Shown here: positions 1 through 13,400 of the stretch, in pieces | Layout of the letters: each line of letters begins with the position of its first letter | Position numbering within the stretch: the first letter of the stretch is position 1 | DNA from: Eledone cirrhosa | Taxonomy: Eukaryota | Assembly (NCBI GenBank): GCA_964016885.1 | Contig: OZ024742.1 | Span: forward strand, 362,514,001 to 362,578,000 | Reading direction: 5' to 3' | Length of the DNA stretch: 64,000 nt | Notes under the pieces: generated by a model | What the model saw: the letters and a program-made list of their open reading frames with translations, nothing else | The model's database searches: none | Told to the model about the DNA's origin: nothing | Position numbers and translations under genes: made by a program

Positions 1-135
1 TCCAAATAAGGGCGCGAAAATTTAATGAAAACTTGTTCACGTGACAGCCATAATTTCATTTATAACCAATCAAATTAAGTTGATTAAAAAAAAAAAAAGC
101 CTTCGTGAGCCCCCTTTTTTTAAGTAAAAAAAATT

Positions 136-195
<60 letters not shown>

Positions 196-475
196 TAAAC
201 ATACATATCTTTACTTTCTTTATTCAATAGAACTAACCATATTCACTGAACCAGAACAATTCTCCCATCCCATTTCTTTTGACCATTATCTTTTGCTTGT
301 CATAAAATTCTCTAAAAAGGCTACAGAATAGATTTCCAAATAAGGGCGCAAACATTTAATGAAAACTTGTTCACGTGACAGCCATAATTTCATTTATAAC
401 CAGTCAAATTTCGTTTATTTAAAAAAAGCCTTCGTGAGCCCTTTTTTTTAAGTAAAAAGAAATTCAAACACACAT
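1..475. repeat. Direct duplication of ~140 bp (1-140 and 335-475), first copy followed by (CA)n
   Basis: tccaaataagggcgc...cttgttcacgtgacagccataatttc...gccttcgtgagccc...ttcaaacac occurs twice, 334 bp apart. Confidence 0.85.
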
Positions 476-671
476 ATATGAAAAAACAACCTGTGCCCCC
501 CACCTTGTTTGAAGAACTTTGTAACGCGAACTGGCACGAAATTTATTATAATTATTGACGAACCAATCAAATTACTTCTCTAAAAACCTGGCATTTAGAG
601 TCACTTTTATCCATATAAAACAAGTAACATTCAGAAACCAACCAGATGTGAGAAAAACCACAGACCCTGTA

Positions 672-707
672 CTTTTGAAAAGCAGATGAACTGCGAAACC
701 GGTAAAG
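672..707 (+). ncRNA. Degenerate minimal type I hammerhead motif
   Basis: ctt-ttgaaaa(core CUGANGA with 2 changes)-gcag atgaa ctgc-GAAA-ccgg-UA-aag: stems I, II and palindromic III present. Confidence 0.45.
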
Positions 708-840
708 GAACCAAATAAATATATATATTTTAAAAAAATAAGACTCCAGTTGCATTTTCGATTTCATCTTTTTTTCTTTATACTTTCACTCGTGTAGGAC
801 ACCATGGTTATTTTTCATTTTGTAAAACCTCACTTTCTAG

Positions 841-871
<31 letters not shown>

Positions 872-1519
872 GTGTGTGCGCGCGCGTGTGTGTGTGTGTG
901 TACATGTAAAGTAGTACACCACAAAAGAAGTAGTGGTGCTGATAAGGCGATATGGTATCTGAATATTATGGCCTAGCATGACTGCAGTCTAATGACTGTA
1001 ACTAGTAAGAAAGAAGAAAACAATATGATGGTATTTATAAAAAAAGAATATATTGTATGATACCTGTGACAGGTAACTTTTAAAATAGATTAGAAATAAT
1101 TGTTACATCTATGTCCTTTTTTTCTCGGTGTTTTTTTGGGGGGTGGGGAAGTTTTGTTTTACATTTATTCTCACAATAATGACGACGACGACGTCGAGGA
1201 AAGCATCGGCAAGAAATTCTTATTAAAAGCTAATGGAAAGGAATATATATAGCCAAGAAGTATTCTTTTAGAGGGAATTAGAGAGGGAAAGGAAACAAAT
1301 ATATTTGAAAATGCCAAATATACCAACAATGATACAATTCCAATGAGAATCTTAAACAAGAAATCTCTTTCTGATTTTGTGTAATGATTCTAAAATAAAT
1401 ATATAATGAAATAAAACGCTGTTTAAGTATCGAAGCCAGGAATGGCAGATCTATATTTCTCAAAGAGATCTTTCCGACAATATTTCTGTAGAGTCAGAAA
1501 TGTATGAAACTTCGCTAAG

Positions 1520-1733
1520 TATACATACATCCATGACAAAAATACATACACAAACATATATGCATAGATACATACATATATACATACATATGTGCACATA
1601 CATACGGGCATATATGTGCACATACCTACATGCATATATACATACATACATATACATACATATATACACATACATACACACATATATGAACGCATACATA
1701 AATACACATACATGAATACATATATACATCCAT

Positions 1734-1765
<32 letters not shown>

Positions 1766-2195
1766 GAATATATATATATATATATATATGAATATATATA
1801 TATGTATATATATATATACGTATATACATACATATATATATATACATACGTACATACATACTTACATACATGATGGCTGCCCCCTCGTTATCGAGTATGG
1901 CCATTGCACGAGGAGAAAATATATATATATATATTAATAAATAAATAAAAAATAAAATAAAACAAAAAAAAGAAATATATATATATATAAATAAATGTAT
2001 AAAGAAATATATATGTATATATATATACATATATATACATATATATACATACACACATATACATTAATAACAATAATAATAATAATAATACAACAATAAT
2101 AATAACGACAACAACAACAATAATGATATACAAATACATATATATATACACACACGCGCACACACATAAACATACCTATACACACACACTCATAC
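1520..2195. repeat. Compound (TACA)n/(TA)n/(AAT)n microsatellite; overlapping ORFs are artefacts
   Basis: Low-complexity sequence; YI/MYV-repeat translations. Confidence 0.95.
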
Positions 2196-5100
2196 GATAG
2201 CAACTAACAGCGCTGCGATCGAATGTGGCTTTTTAGCCCAGCCAATGATCTAAAATGTCTTGCAGAGAGTCGGCAACCAAAATATTCACTGGGAATAGCC
2301 GGCTGTGGTTGGAGTTCATGTACTTTTGCATGTCGCTTGAGCCCTCCTGCTGATTTACATTCTCTACCACATGTTTGGCAAGCATGATGAGTAGCATCTC
2401 GAACAGCAGCCTGGTAGTCAACCACTGGTCTTACTTTATGACTGCGAAGATGACTTTCGAGTCCAGCTTTGCTTAGGCAGAGTCTCGCACAGACGCTGCA
2501 TGTCAGCACCATAGGAGGACCCTCGTCGTCTGGAAGTGCAACAGCAATGCCCTTCCTCACATCCCGCTTTACTTTCTCGTATGCGATTCGAGATGCCTCA
2601 AAGGCAACTTTTCCCTCATATACAGTCTTTCTCCATTTATTACGATCAGCAGCAATGTTTTCCCATTTATCAGTAGAGATGTTAGCGTCTTTCAAAGAGG
2701 CTTTCAAAGAATCCTTATACCTCTTTTTTGGTTTATGTGGCGGTCGTTTTCCTTTAACCAACTCTCCATAAAAGAGTTGTTTTGGTATTCTAGAATCCTT
2801 CATCCTGGCAAGGTGACCACTCCAACAGAGTCGTTGCTTAAGCACAAGAGCTTCTATACTGTCACACATAGAGCTTTCCAAAATTTCGACATCACTGATG
2901 TGTTCCCTCCAGTGAACGCCATGGATCCGTCTGAGACACATCTGATGGAAACGCTCCAATTGCTTAAGGTGGTGTCGATATATGACCCAGGTCTCGCAGG
3001 CATAAAGAAGACAAGAGAGCACACATGCCTTGTACACTTTACCTTTGTCCTCCTGCATATGTCTCGCCGACCCCAGAGTCGCCTTTCTAGGTTTCCGAAA
3101 GCATCACTTGCTTTCCTAATCCTAAGTGAGATTTCACTATGAAGGTTGCTGTATCGATTGACAATGCTTCCCAGGTAGACAAACTGATCAACCACTCCAA
3201 GTCGTTTACCATACACATAGATATTTGGTTTAGTGTACTGCTTACCAGGGGCAGGTTGGTACATGACGACGGTTTTCTTGAGACTAACAGTCAATCCTAG
3301 AGGAGTGCAAGCGTCAGAAAATGCATTCAAAATGTGCTGCATATCACTCTCTGTGTGCGCTACAAGATCGCAATCATCTGCATACAAGAGGTCTCTTATG
3401 ATTGATGTAAATACTTTTGTCTTTGTAGCAAAGCGCCTGATGTTAAATATGCTGCCTGAGGTTCGATATCGGATGTAAACATCATGCTTGCAATTCCTGA
3501 ATGCAATACAGAAAACCATTGCAAAGTATATGGCAAACAGGGTCGGTGCTGGAATATCCCCCTGTTTCACTCCATTTTTTACTGAGATAGTCTCCGACAT
3601 GTTACCTCCGACATTAACCCAAGCCTTCATGTCGTCATGGAAAGACCTAACTAAAGCAAGGAACTTATCAGGGCAACCAAGTTTCTGGAGAACCTTCCAT
3701 AATGCACCTCTGTTAACAGTATCGAAAGCTTTTGTCAGATCGACAAAAACCTGATACAGATCCAAACCTTGTTCCATGCACTTCTCCTGGATCTGTCTAG
3801 CTGAGAAGATCATATCAATATTGCCGCGTCCAGCACGAAAACCAGATTGACAACAGGAAGAACACAATCTGCAATGTGTGTCAGCAGACGGTCCAGAGGC
3901 ACCCTACATAAAACTTTCCCTACGACAGAAAGCAATGATATACTTCTGTAGTTCCCACAATCATTCCTGTTACCATTTCCCTTGTACAAGACCACCATTA
4001 CTGCATCTCTCCAGACCTCAGGTACGGATTCATTAGCCAATATCCTGCCAAACAAAGAGTGAAGATGTTGCAGGAGTCTCTCACCACCATATTATAGGCG
4101 CTCAGCATGTATGCCATCCATACCTGGAGACCTTCCACTGTTCAGCTTCGAGATAGCCACTGCAACCTCCACAAGCGTCGGAGGTTCTGCGAGAGCTACG
4201 TTCACAGGACTTTCTGGAATGAGATTGAGGAAATCTTCACTGACGACAGACGGCTGATTCAAAACATCATCAAAGTGCTCACGCCACGTTCGTAGAATTC
4301 ATTGTGAGTCACGAAGAAGTTCTTTGCCATCTTTGCAGCGGAGCTGTGTCACCAGAGAAGAAGACGGTCCATAAACCTCACGCAAGAGACTGTACAACAG
4401 CTTTGTGTTATTGGAATCTTACGCAGTTTGTATCTCACCAGCCTTCTCACTCCGCCACTGATCCTTCATCTGAGAAAGACTCCGCCTAACACGTGATTTT
4501 ACATCCTTGAGTTCCTCATGCAACGTATTCCTCTCCTGTGGTTTGGCCGTCAAGTAGCGTAACAGAGCACGCCTCTTATCAACCAACAAGTCTTCTATAT
4601 TGTACATCATTCTCATCAAACCAGTCCTGATGTTTCCTCTGCGCCAATCCCAGAACACGCCTGCCTACATCATAAACCGTCTTTTTAAGGGTCGGCCAAT
4701 CCTCACCAAGATCTGCAGCCTGCATCTCTTCTTCCAATGTCCTCTTCACATTTTTATCCTTAAGACGAGCAGCATTCAATCTTTTGTGCAGGGCAACACC
4801 GGGAGCCCGGATTTTACGTTTAGTGATTAGTTTCACTTTTGCGCGTACCAGGCGGTGGTCCGTCCAGCACTCAACTCCATGAAGAGTACGAACACACTGC
4901 ACATCCTGTCTGTCACGCATCCTGACTATGACGTAATCCAAAAGATGCCATTCTTTCGATGCAGGATGCATCCATGTGGTCTTGAATTTGTTCTTTTGTT
5001 GGAACATGGTGTTGGTAACACACAGATCCAGCTCCTCACACATCTGCAGCAGGAACATACCATTGTTGTTACACTTTCCCACCCCATGCCTTCCGATTAC

Positions 5101-6100
5101 ATTCCATGTGTTAAAATCCCTACCCACTCTAGCATTAAGGTCACCAAGCACGATGACTTTATCTGCCTGAGGGATATTTCTTAAAACACCTTTCAAGGCA
5201 TGGTAAAAGGACACTTTTTCTTCATCGACAGAATTCATAGTTGGAGCATACACACTCACCAGGGTCGCATATCTTCCTTTGTCCAGCGGAATTCTCATGC
5301 ACATAAGACGCTCACTAATCCCTACTGGGAATTCTTATAATTTATTCACAAGAACAGTCTTAACAGCAAATCCTACCCCAGCCTCTCTTCTGGTTCCTTC
5401 ATCTCTTCCTTTCCAGAAGAATGTATATTCTCCACAAAATTCTGTAAGATGACCATCTCCAGCTAACCTTGTCTCAGATAAAGCCACGATGTCAAGATCG
5501 TAACCTCGAAGCTCCTTTGCAACAAGAGCGGTCCTTCGTTCACACGCTCCAACGAATCCCTATCAAGCAGCGTCCGTACGTTCCAGCAGCCAAGACTAAA
5601 TGCCTTGTTTGGCTCTATTACAATGGCACGATGACGAGCGGGCCCAGGTTGTGATAACGTGGGGTCCCTGCCCTTATTGCCAATTATCTTTTTTGTTCCA
5701 GAATCTAAATTGCCAATTATCTCTTCTATATTGTTCTGGAACATCATTGAATTAAAAAAAAAAAAAAAGTAATAATAATAGTAATAATAATAATAATAAT
5801 ACACTATTAATAATTATTAATGCACTCGTGCAATGTCTGTGCGTGACGAATATTTTTAAAGTGAGGAAAGACTGTGCACTGAGCCAATCCCACTCTCTGA
5901 GCGATAGTAGCTATAACCCGAAAAGAAGAAAAGATCAACATCATCGGTAACTACTGAGCCGCAGGTTTTATGTCGGAGTTAGCCCAGTTTCCTGAGATGC
6001 CTTCTCCTAGAAGAATACCCTGACAAGGGCTAGGGGTTCTTCACTTCCAGTCGTTTAACTGCGCGATCGGGCATCCAGCCCGATTATTTCTATGTCCCCG
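1869..6100 (-). mobile_element. RTE-clade LINE, near full length, degenerate; 3' tip (1869-1910) separated from the body by microsatellite
   Basis: APE motifs (GCWNVRTL, VSVYAPT, VLGDLNARVG, LLDYVIV, TDHRLV), RT motifs (QSGFRAGR, FVDLTKAFDTV, GVKQG, LLYADD), RTE C-terminus (RLCWSGHLARM, PKQLFYGEL); RTE-type 5' UTR motif ctaggagaagg near 6000. Confidence 0.92.
2204..5690 (-). pseudogene. Frameshifted RTE ORF: APE endonuclease, RT and C-terminal C2H2 zinc fingers
   Basis: Colinear ORF pieces 5463-5804, 4579-5304, 4419-4658, 3810-4055, 2854-3867 and 2204-3058 in different frames. Confidence 0.9.
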
Positions 6101-6252
6101 CGCGCAAAAAAAAAAAAAAAAAAAACTCACTTATTGACACTTATTCGTACGACATACACACACGCGCATACATAAGCGCGCACAGACACGCATACATACG
6201 CGCGCACACAGCAACACTCATACATACAAACAAACACACACGCTACTCACTT

Positions 6253-6290
<38 letters not shown>

Positions 6291-6409
6291 TACCGTCATT
6301 ACTGAAACAAGATTACAAGATTATGTCAACTGTTGACTTTCAAGAGTTTGTATAGTTGAAGCCGTCCGTATTACAGTCCAGTATTATTATAATTGCTTTA
6401 CAGCATAGA

Positions 6410-6550
6410 GCTATGGCTCTCCACGCTCTGAGCTTAAATCCCGCTGAGGTCAACCTTGCCTTTCATCCCCACGGAGTCAACAAAAGAGAGTACCAGTGAT
6501 GCGCTGAGCCAGTCGCTGGATCCGTGCCAAAAGCAGAAAAATTATTATTA
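6410..6550 (+). mobile_element. tRNA-derived SINE copy, degraded
   Basis: ctgagcttaaatcccgctgaggtcaaccttgcctttcatcc...gtaccagt...gtgccaaaagcagaaa matches the copies at 28.05 kb and 60.5 kb. Confidence 0.75.
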
Positions 6551-7317
6551 AAGTTGTTTTCTTAAGGCCCGGTCGCTGGTGATGGTGATGGCGGCGGTGG
6601 TGGCGGTGGTGGTGGTGGTGGTGGTGGCAGTTGATGTTGTTGTGTTGTGTGCGTGTGTGTGTGTTTTTTGTTATTTTGAGTTTTTTGTTTGTTTGTAATT
6701 TTTTTTATTTCTATTATTATCGTTTGATGCCGCTGTTGTTGTTGTAAATGTTCATTTCAATTCATTCTGAAGCTGTTGTTGCTGTAAACATTAGTGCCGG
6801 TGTTGTTGTTGTAGATGTTGGGGTTGAAATCTGGTCGTTTGACTGAGTGATGTATATGCACACATATACATACATATATATATAATTAATACAATATATA
6901 TATATACACATTCAACAAAGAGTAGAGAGTTTGACAACAGGTCGATGACTTTAGTCTAGATAGGCTAACAACATGTGTGGTGGGACTGAGTGTAGACGTT
7001 ATTGTGGTGGTCGGGGACACCACAATAACGTCTACACGTCTACTAGTTCATTTGTCTGTTTTCTTCTCTTTGCAAAATTTGAATCTTAGCCATGTTATAT
7101 TGAGATGTAAGTAAATGTTAAATGTAAAATATAAATAAAGATTGCTCTGGTAAAATATGATAAAATATTTGTGTAACTTTCACAAACTTCAGTCGTGACA
7201 TTCCCGAGTCCAGTGACCAAAAAAATTGTTGTATTTTGATGTTTCAGAATACAAAAATTAATTAAAAACTTACCCCACGAAAAGACAGCGTGTGTTGTCC
7301 TATCTATAAGCTCACAT

Positions 7318-7925
7318 GGTGGCTGCCAACTCGTTTTCGAGTACGGCCACTACTTTATATCCATGTAGGAGAACTCCTACCGATGCGCTAAACGAGTGTG
7401 ACTTTTTAGTCCAGCCAGCGACTTGAAAACTCTGGTTCAAACACTACACCTGTGACAATTATTGACACATAGTGCTAGGCCCATGGTACCATGTGACGAC
7501 AAGTGCAGAGAGATCTCTAGATATAAAGCAATGCCTGTGCCGTGAAGCTTTTATAGTGAGCAAAGGCACTGCACAAAGCCATTCCCACTCTCTTAACCAA
7601 GATGATATTTACCAAAAAGAAGAACAAGTCAACATCATTGGATACCATCAGGGTTGCAGGTGTTATATCAGAGTTTTCCTTCTCCTAGAATTCTGCCTCG
7701 ACAAAGGCTAAGGGGTCATCTCTCCCGGTGATTTTGGATGGCCATTGACTCTTAAGAGCTCTTTGCCCTTTGACAGGTTTTTGTTTTTAGTCCTGCAGGA
7801 TGTCCAAAGTCACCCTCCTCACCAAGAAACCTTGGTGGGGTTGCCAGTTTAGTCGCCAACGACCCGACCATGAGACAGGTTGTACTGGGATACATGTTAC
7901 CAGTAGCACCAACTGGTGACCTGAC
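7318..7925 (-). mobile_element. ~608-bp non-autonomous bipartite RTE derivative with 12-bp TSD
   Basis: Flanked by ATAAGCTCACAT (7306-7317 and 7926-7937); similar to the RTE 5' UTR (5920-6040) and 3' end (1869-1910); near-identical copies at 44190-44797 and 45957-46289. Confidence 0.85.
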
Positions 7926-7991
7926 ATAAGCTCACATACATACATACGTCCATACATACATATATACATACATATATACATCCATACATCC

Positions 7992-8042
<51 letters not shown>

Positions 8043-8629
8043 CATACATACACAGACATATATACATACATATATACATATATACATACATTCACACATA
8101 CATTTATACATATATACATATAAACATACATACATATACATATACATATACATACATACATACATACATATACATACATACATACATACATACATACTTA
8201 CATGGATGTATGTATGTATGTATATATCCATACATATATCCATATATATCCATACATATATACATACATATATACATATATATACATACATACATATAAC
8301 TATACATACACATACATATATATATATACATACACCATGTTAGAATTCATTATCAGATTTATTCGCAATCTTTCTCAACACTGATTAAGTCCAGTGCCTT
8401 CAGGTTCAAAAGGAACTTAATCCAATGCTTGTTTGTGTCTATAGAGGTGCGAGGGTGGTGTCTGTGTAGTGGGGGTTCTGTCTGTTGGAGGAGAGGGAGT
8501 GGTGGTGTTCACATGAATGATCAACAAACGAAACGAAACGAATAATTTAAAAAATTAACAACAAATGAAAGTTTGAATGAAAAACTCATGGACAAGGAAG
8601 GACTCTTCTAACTCCATCATAAACAAATA

Positions 8630-8790
8630 ATTATTTCTACTTTTGGCACAAGGCCAACAATTCATTACTGGTACTTTATTTTATCGACCCCGTAAGGATG
8701 AAAGGCAAAGTTAACCTCGGCGGGATTTGAACTCAGACCATAAAGGGCCGTAACTCATAGCTGCAAAGCATGACGTCCGACCCTCTAAAC
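8630..8790 (-). mobile_element. tRNA-derived SINE copy
   Basis: ggcacaaggcc...ctggtactttattttatcgaccccgtaaggatgaaaggcaaagttaacctcggcgggatttgaactc shared with 60520-60700. Confidence 0.85.
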
Positions 8791-9825
8791 ATATAATGAG
8801 AAACACACACACTTTATATATACACGCCAAAAGCCGTCGGATCACCGTGGCTTTCGAAGATGAGCACTTTAATAGTTTCGTTTATGGAACAACCTGCCCT
8901 TAATATTTATTAACAGGTTACCTACCCTTACATATGGTCATGAATCTTGGGTATTTACTGGAAGGATACTCAGAAGGAGAGGATTATTCTGCCTGCACGT
9001 GTCATTGTTCTATAATATCCCAATTTGTTTTATAATTGTTACTATTATCTTCCTCTAACTTCCAGATATATTTCGATAATCATCTGCTGAGATGTTTTTC
9101 GGAGGCTCAATGTTTACACACGTTGCGAGAGTCTATTGTAAAGGAGATTTCAACTCTCTGTTTCTCAGTTATTTGCTCTTAAGAAGTTATTCACCACACA
9201 GATATTGACATTTTTAATTTACGCAGCAGATTGGTTTTGGATTTATTCCGATTCACATAAGTTATACTCATATATTGCAATCTTAGTCGGGTTTACTATA
9301 AGAACAGTATTTAACGGAAATGAATACTGCAGTAAATATCAAGGAATGAGATATGTTTACATTCGCATCGATTTAAAACCCAATATGATAATGAACTTTC
9401 TTATAGGCATCTGTTATGTGACATTCATAGGTGGCACATTTAATCGACCTCCATCAAGGTAAAACCGAACACAACATAATGAGATGTCCTCTAGAGTAAT
9501 TCTAACATCTACCATTCTATCATTTCACAAAATGGAGTTTTATAGTTCGAACCTCTGTAAGCAATACTGTCCGTAACGTTTAAACTAACTTTGCTCACCG
9601 TAAAATAGCGACGGATCGTTGTTATATCGGCTAAAACACTAAAATATACAGACTCTAATTTATCTATGTTGCTCCTTTGTAAACACATGTATTGAACAAT
9701 CCTCACATATATACACAAATATTCACACATCCCACTATACATACATAAACGAACATACACAACACAGAAATACAATAGCACAGACGCACACACGTACACA
9801 CACACATATATATATGTCTAATATA

Positions 9826-9897
<72 letters not shown>

Positions 9898-9916
9898 TAT
9901 ATGTGTGTGTGCCTAC

Positions 9917-9972
<56 letters not shown>

Positions 9973-10280
9973 TAAAGTTAAATCCACAATTTGTTTCATC
10001 AATGTTTGTGATTCACAATAACACCCAAGGCATGTTTAAAATATTCGAGATGTTTTAATTAACAAAGCATCATGGGAAATGTCTGTTTTGCAATTATCTT
10101 GTTGAAAGATCTTACTTTGAGCTGTATATATCTGTTATCGCTTTATTATACAATATCTAACTTGGCTAACTGGGACTTCAGGCCTTGGGGTATCTAGGAA
10201 AGGCTGTTCAATTAACGGTGTAACAGCCCAGTGATTAGGTGATTGGAATTACGATCAGGAGTAAATTCGTAGAAAAAGGC

Positions 10281-10455
10281 GGTGCATGATGTTTTTCAGG
10301 ACAACACCTTACTTCACATTGCTTTTTCTTCCAAGATATTTGACCAGCAGTATCAGTAATAGAATTACCAATAGACTGATACTGTTTGCTGGTCAAATAT
10401 CTTGGTAGAAAAAGCAATGTGAAGTAAGGTGTTGTCCTGAAAAGCATCATGCGCC
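10281..10455. repeat. Inverted repeat, ~77-bp arms with short spacer, abutting the Dong 3' (TAA)n tail
   Basis: catgatgtttttcaggacaacaccttacttcacattgctttttc...gaaaaagcaatgtgaagtaaggtgttgtcctgaaaagcatcatg. Confidence 0.9.
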
Positions 10456-10456
10456 T

Positions 10457-13400
10457 CATTATTATTATTATTATTATTATTGTTATTGTTATTCCTTGAA
10501 TCTCAGTCATTGAGGTTGGTTAACTGGAGGGTCCGTTGGATTGAATATCAAGCCACTACCTGCAGCCTCAGATATTCAGGACGTATCGGAGGGTTCTTGC
10601 TGTTCCAAGCAAGCATGCCTTTTGAAGCGTTCCAAAAAGCGTGAAGGGGCCGATTTTCTTTAACCATCCCTGGAAACCTTTGGAGATAGTCCCCAGTGCG
10701 CCTATGACAATCGGGATCACTTTGACTTCATGGCAGTTCCAAATCCTTTTCACCTCCCACTTTAGGTCCTGGTATCGGTTAATTTTCTCCCTCTCCTTCT
10801 CTTGCACTCTCGTGTCGAACGGGCAGGCCACATCCACAATCAGGCACGATCTTTTTTCTTTGTCCACAACCACCAGGTCAGGTCTATTGTGTTCCAGTTT
10901 TTTGTCCGTCTGTATCCTAAAATCCCACAGCACCTTCACCTGACTGTTCTCCATCACCGCCTCTGGCCTATGCTCATACCATTTCTCAGAATGTGGTAGA
11001 TTGTTTACTTTGCACAGGTGCCAGTGGATCACCCTGCCCATCACATCGTGTCTCCAGCCCTTATAGTGGGTCTGGGCTAGGTGTTTACACTCGGACACAA
11101 TGTGAGCCACAGTCTCCTCTCTCTCTCCACAGATCCTGCACAGTGGGCTAGCCTCCTCCTTGTAGATATGGTGCTTCAACCACTTCGTTTTGAGGGCCTG
11201 CTCCTGCGCAGCCATTAGCATTCCTTCTGTAGCCTTTTTGAGGTCTCCTCTTCTCAACCAGTTCCATGTCTGTGGATCTCTAAATTCAGTTTTCTCAAAG
11301 AAGGTACTATGAAGGGATTTTCCCTTAAGGCTGCTCTTCCTCCTTGATGTTATTTCCTCCTTGGATATCCCCTGGCCTACTGTCCCCTCCTTCAGTACAG
11401 CTCTGAGCATTGGCTCCTTACTATAGGTCACGTATTTGTATAGGTTGTTTTTCTCCATCTGAACACAGTCCTCTATGCTGATAAGACCTCTTCCACCCTC
11501 AGATCTCCTTAGGTAGAGTCTATCGACATCACTCCTCTTGTGGAACATGTTGTAGATAGTCAATAGCTTCCTAGTCTTCCTATCCATTTCTTTTTGTTCA
11601 GCAACATTCCATCTCAGAATTCCCGCACTGTACCTAATAATAGACACAGCTCGGGAATTTACTGCGCTTATGGCATTTCTGCTGTTCAGATGTGACTTCA
11701 ATACGCTCCTTACTCTCCGAATGTATTCAGTTCTTAACAATTCCTTCATTTTTTTGTTCTTTATGCCATCAGCCTCCAGAACGCCCAAATACTTGTATCC
11801 TTCCTCAGAGTCAATTTCCTTTATCATCTCACCTGTTGGTATCTGGATCCCGTTACTTCTGCTCAACCTACCCCTCTTCATCACAATGACTCCACATTTA
11901 CCAATACCAGACTGCATACATATATCACTGCTGAAAATACGGACAGTGTCAACAAGCACATCCAACTCCTTCTCACTTTTCCCGAAGAGCTTAAGATCGT
12001 CCATGAAGAGGAGGTGATTGATGGTAAGCTCTCCCCTTCCCAACTTGTATCCTGCTCTCACTTTTCGCAGCATAATGGTCAAGGGCATCAGGGCAAGGAC
12101 AAACAACAGAGGGGACAGGCTATCTCCCTGGAAGATACCTCTCTTGATCTTCACGCTTCCCAAGGATACTCCAGTTGATGTCAACTCTGTCTCCCAGGAC
12201 CCCATACTCCTGCCCAGCAACTGTCTGATGTTATCTGCCACCCTGAAGATCTCCAGGCTTTTGGTGATCCAGGAATGAGGCACCATGTCAAATGCCTTTC
12301 TGTAGTCTATCCATCCCATGGCAAGATCAGTGTGTCTCCTCCTGCAATTCCCCATTACCATCTTATCAATAAGCAACTGGTCCTTTGTACCACGTGACTT
12401 CTTTCGGCATCCTTTCTGTTCGTCCGGTAACAAGTTGTTTGTGTGGAGGTGATGGTAGATTTCCTCAGACACAATGCTCGTCAACAGTTTCCACATTACG
12501 GGCAGACATGTGATAGGTCTATAGTTGGTAACATCATTACCCTTGATTCGGTCTTTCATTATCAGAACTGTGGTACCTTTTGTCAACCACTCTGGCACCT
12601 CACCCGACACCAAGCAGTCATTGAACATGGCCGTCAGCTTCGGGTGGAGGGATGTTAAATGTTTAATCCAATACCCCTGCACACCATCTGGGCCTGGTGA
12701 TTTCCAGTTGGTTAGTTTTTTGGCTTGCCCCTTAAGAGTTTCAACTGTGATACTCAAATCAGTCTGTTGCTGTGCCTGCTCACCGATCTCCCTCTGTACT
12801 GTCTCAATCCACCCTGCCTGGGCATTGTGTCTAACATCCTGCTCCCATATTCCTCTCCAGAATGTTTTAGCTTGTTCCGCCCCAGGGATCAAGTCGTTGC
12901 CTCTTTCTTTCCCCTCAAGCTGTCCAAACAGCATCTTCTGGTTGTTGTCGAACATGCGGTTCTGTTTATACTGACTGACTCTGTTCTCGTATCGCCTGAT
13001 TTTGGCACTCTTTGCTACAATGCGTTGCTTCAATTCCTCTATGATAATATTTAGCTTTTTACTCCTAGTTTTGTATTTTATTTCCAGTCTATTTTTAGTG
13101 CCTATGTTTTTTAGTGTCCCATTCAGTAGTGACTCAAGCTTTCCTATGTCATTTCTCATTTCCCCGATTTGCCCACTCAGTCGCTTCTTCCACCACGGCT
13201 CTGCTCTTTCTTGTCTGTTGTTTCCTCTCGCTTTTATACCAAGTAGTTTCCTCACCGTATTTGCTGTTGCTTTGAGGATATTGTTGCACTGGTGAAGACT
13301 CCTCGCCTCAAGGTATGGGATGACTTTGTTTACCTTAGCTGTTGTTTCTTTTAACTTTTTCCTGTCTACAAATCTTAGGTTCATAGGTCTCCCACTATCA

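Noticed and set aside
1190-1500. Very degraded RTE-like peptide (NEIKRCLSI..ARN)
   Set aside because: Multiple stops and only marginal similarity
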